DNA of 64,000 bases. Origin: Takakia lepidozioides. Its lineage: Eukaryota > Plantae > Bryophyta. The DNA lies in assembly GCA_030704615.1 (NCBI GenBank), contig CM060732.1:46128001-46192000 (forward strand), written 5' to 3'. Both the position numbers and the translations under genes were made by a program. This document shows positions 62,402-64,000 of this stretch, piece by piece. The notes beneath the pieces are model-generated. The model did not search any database. It saw only the letters and a program-made list of their open reading frames with translations, and was not told where the DNA came from. How positions within the stretch are numbered: position 1 is the first letter of the stretch; each line of letters starts with the position of its first letter.

Positions 62402-64000
62402 GGGTATGCACAGAAGAGAGGCTTTGGAGACCTATGAGCAAATGATGGGGGAAGGGGTGAATCCCAACCACATAACGTTCGTTTGCGTTTGCAATGCTTG
62501 TGCAAGCCTGGGAGCCCTGGAAAAGGGCAAAGAGGTCCATGGTGACATCATCAAAGTTGGAATTCTACCAGATGTCATTCTAAACACTGCCCTGGTGGAC
62601 ATGTATGCCAAATGTGGGTGCATTAAGGATGCAAAGGCAGTTTTGAAAGTTCAACAATATGTAGGCTGAACGACATGTGGTGTCATGGAGCGCGATGCTT
62701 GCAGGGTATGCACAGCAGGGATGTGGGGTGGAGGCTTTGGAGACCTATGAGCAAATGATGGGGGAAGGGGTGAAGCCCAACCACATCACGTTTGTGTGCG
62801 TTTGCAATGCATGCGCAAGCCTGGCAGCTCTGGAAAATGACAAAGAGGTCCATGGCGACATGGTCAGAGCTGCAGTTGTACCAAATGTCATTATGAACAA
62901 TACCCTCGTAGACACGTATGAAGGGAGTGTTCGAGAGTATGGCTGAACGAGATGTGGTGTCGTGGAGTGCGATGATTGCAGGATATGCACAGCAAAGGCG
63001 CGAGATGGAGGCTTTGGAGACCTATGAGCAAATGATGTGCGAAGGGGGTGAAGCCCAACCACATAACGTTTGTTTGCATTTGCAATGCGTGTGCAAGCCT
63101 GGCAGCCTTGGAAAAGTGCACAAAGGTCCATGGTGACATTATCAAATCTGGAATTGTACCCGATGTCATTCTGAACACTACGACATGTATGTCAAATGTG
63201 GGTGCATCGAGGATGCAAATGGAGTGTTTGACAGTATTGCTGAACGTGATGTGGTGTCGTGGAGTGTGATGATTGCAAGATATGCACAGCAAGGGTGCGG
63301 GATGGAGGCTTTGGAGACCTATGAGCAAATGATGTGCAAATGGGTGAAAACCAACCACATCACATTTGTGTGCGTTTGCAATGCGTGTGCAAGCCTGGGA
63401 GCCCAGGAAAAGGGGAAAGAGGTCCATGGTGACATCGTCAAAGCTGGAATTGTACCAGATGTCATCCTGAACAATCCCCTGGTGGACATGTATGCGAAAT
63501 GTGGGAGCATCGAGGATGTGAAGGGAGTTAATTTCAACACCATGGTTGAACGAGATGTGGTGTCGTGGAACGCCATGCTTGCAGGGGTATGCACAGCAGG
63601 GGCGTGGGATGGAGGCCTTGGAGACCTATGAGCAAATGATGGGGGAAGGGATGAAGCCCGACCACATCACGTTTGTGTGCGTTTGCAATGCGTGTGCAAG
63701 CCTGGTAGCCCTGGAAAAGGGCAAATAGGTGCATGGTTGCATCGCCAAAACTGGAACTGTACCAGGTGTGATCCTGAATACTGCCCTGGTGGACATGTAT
63801 GCCAAATGTGGGAGCATTGAGGATGCAGAGGGAGTGTTCAACAACAATATGGCTGAACAAGATTTGTTGTCGTGGAACGTGATGCTTGCAGGATATGCAC
63901 AGCAGGGCGTGGGATGGAGGACTTGGAGACCTATGAGCAAATGATGGGGGAAGGGATGAAGCCCGACCACATCACGTTTGTGTACGTTTGCAATGCGTGT
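62402..64000 (+). pseudogene. Tandem ~303-bp P-L-S PPR triplet array, frameshifted; continues beyond the window
   Basis: GAGGCTTTGGAGACCTATGAGCAAATGATG recurs at ~62418, 62732, 63008, 63305, 63612 and 63918. Confidence 0.9.

Overview
Eukaryotic DNA, probably from a non-seed land plant (inferred from a spliced ABCG7, PLS/DYW-type PPRs and the TE spectrum). 1-31.7 kb is a nested TE stack. It holds four copies or pieces of one non-chromovirus Ty3/Gypsy family (one full-length, 18384-31735, minus), a MULE/SWIM element, a LINE scrap, and a P-superfamily-like DDE transposon with a 1-kb non-autonomous partner bounded by GTGCAC. 35.2-48.4 kb is an intact 11-exon ABCG7 gene (minus, 673 aa) with four copies of one LINE family in its introns. 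49-58.5 kb holds decayed TEs: a DIRS pol split by an apparent inversion, a MITE with an 8-bp TSD, and a piggyBac remnant. 59.7-64 kb has an E2F-type promoter, an orphan ALWAYS EARLY exon and degenerate, tandemly amplified PLS-PPR repeats. The two strongest leads are (1) the TIR-less P-like transposon family and (2) the Gypsy family, whose integrase runs via a -1 offset and a translated 30-bp repeat into a ~1,570-codon extra ORF and whose LTR initiates a 5' ORF. All calls come from reading motifs by eye; no searches were run.
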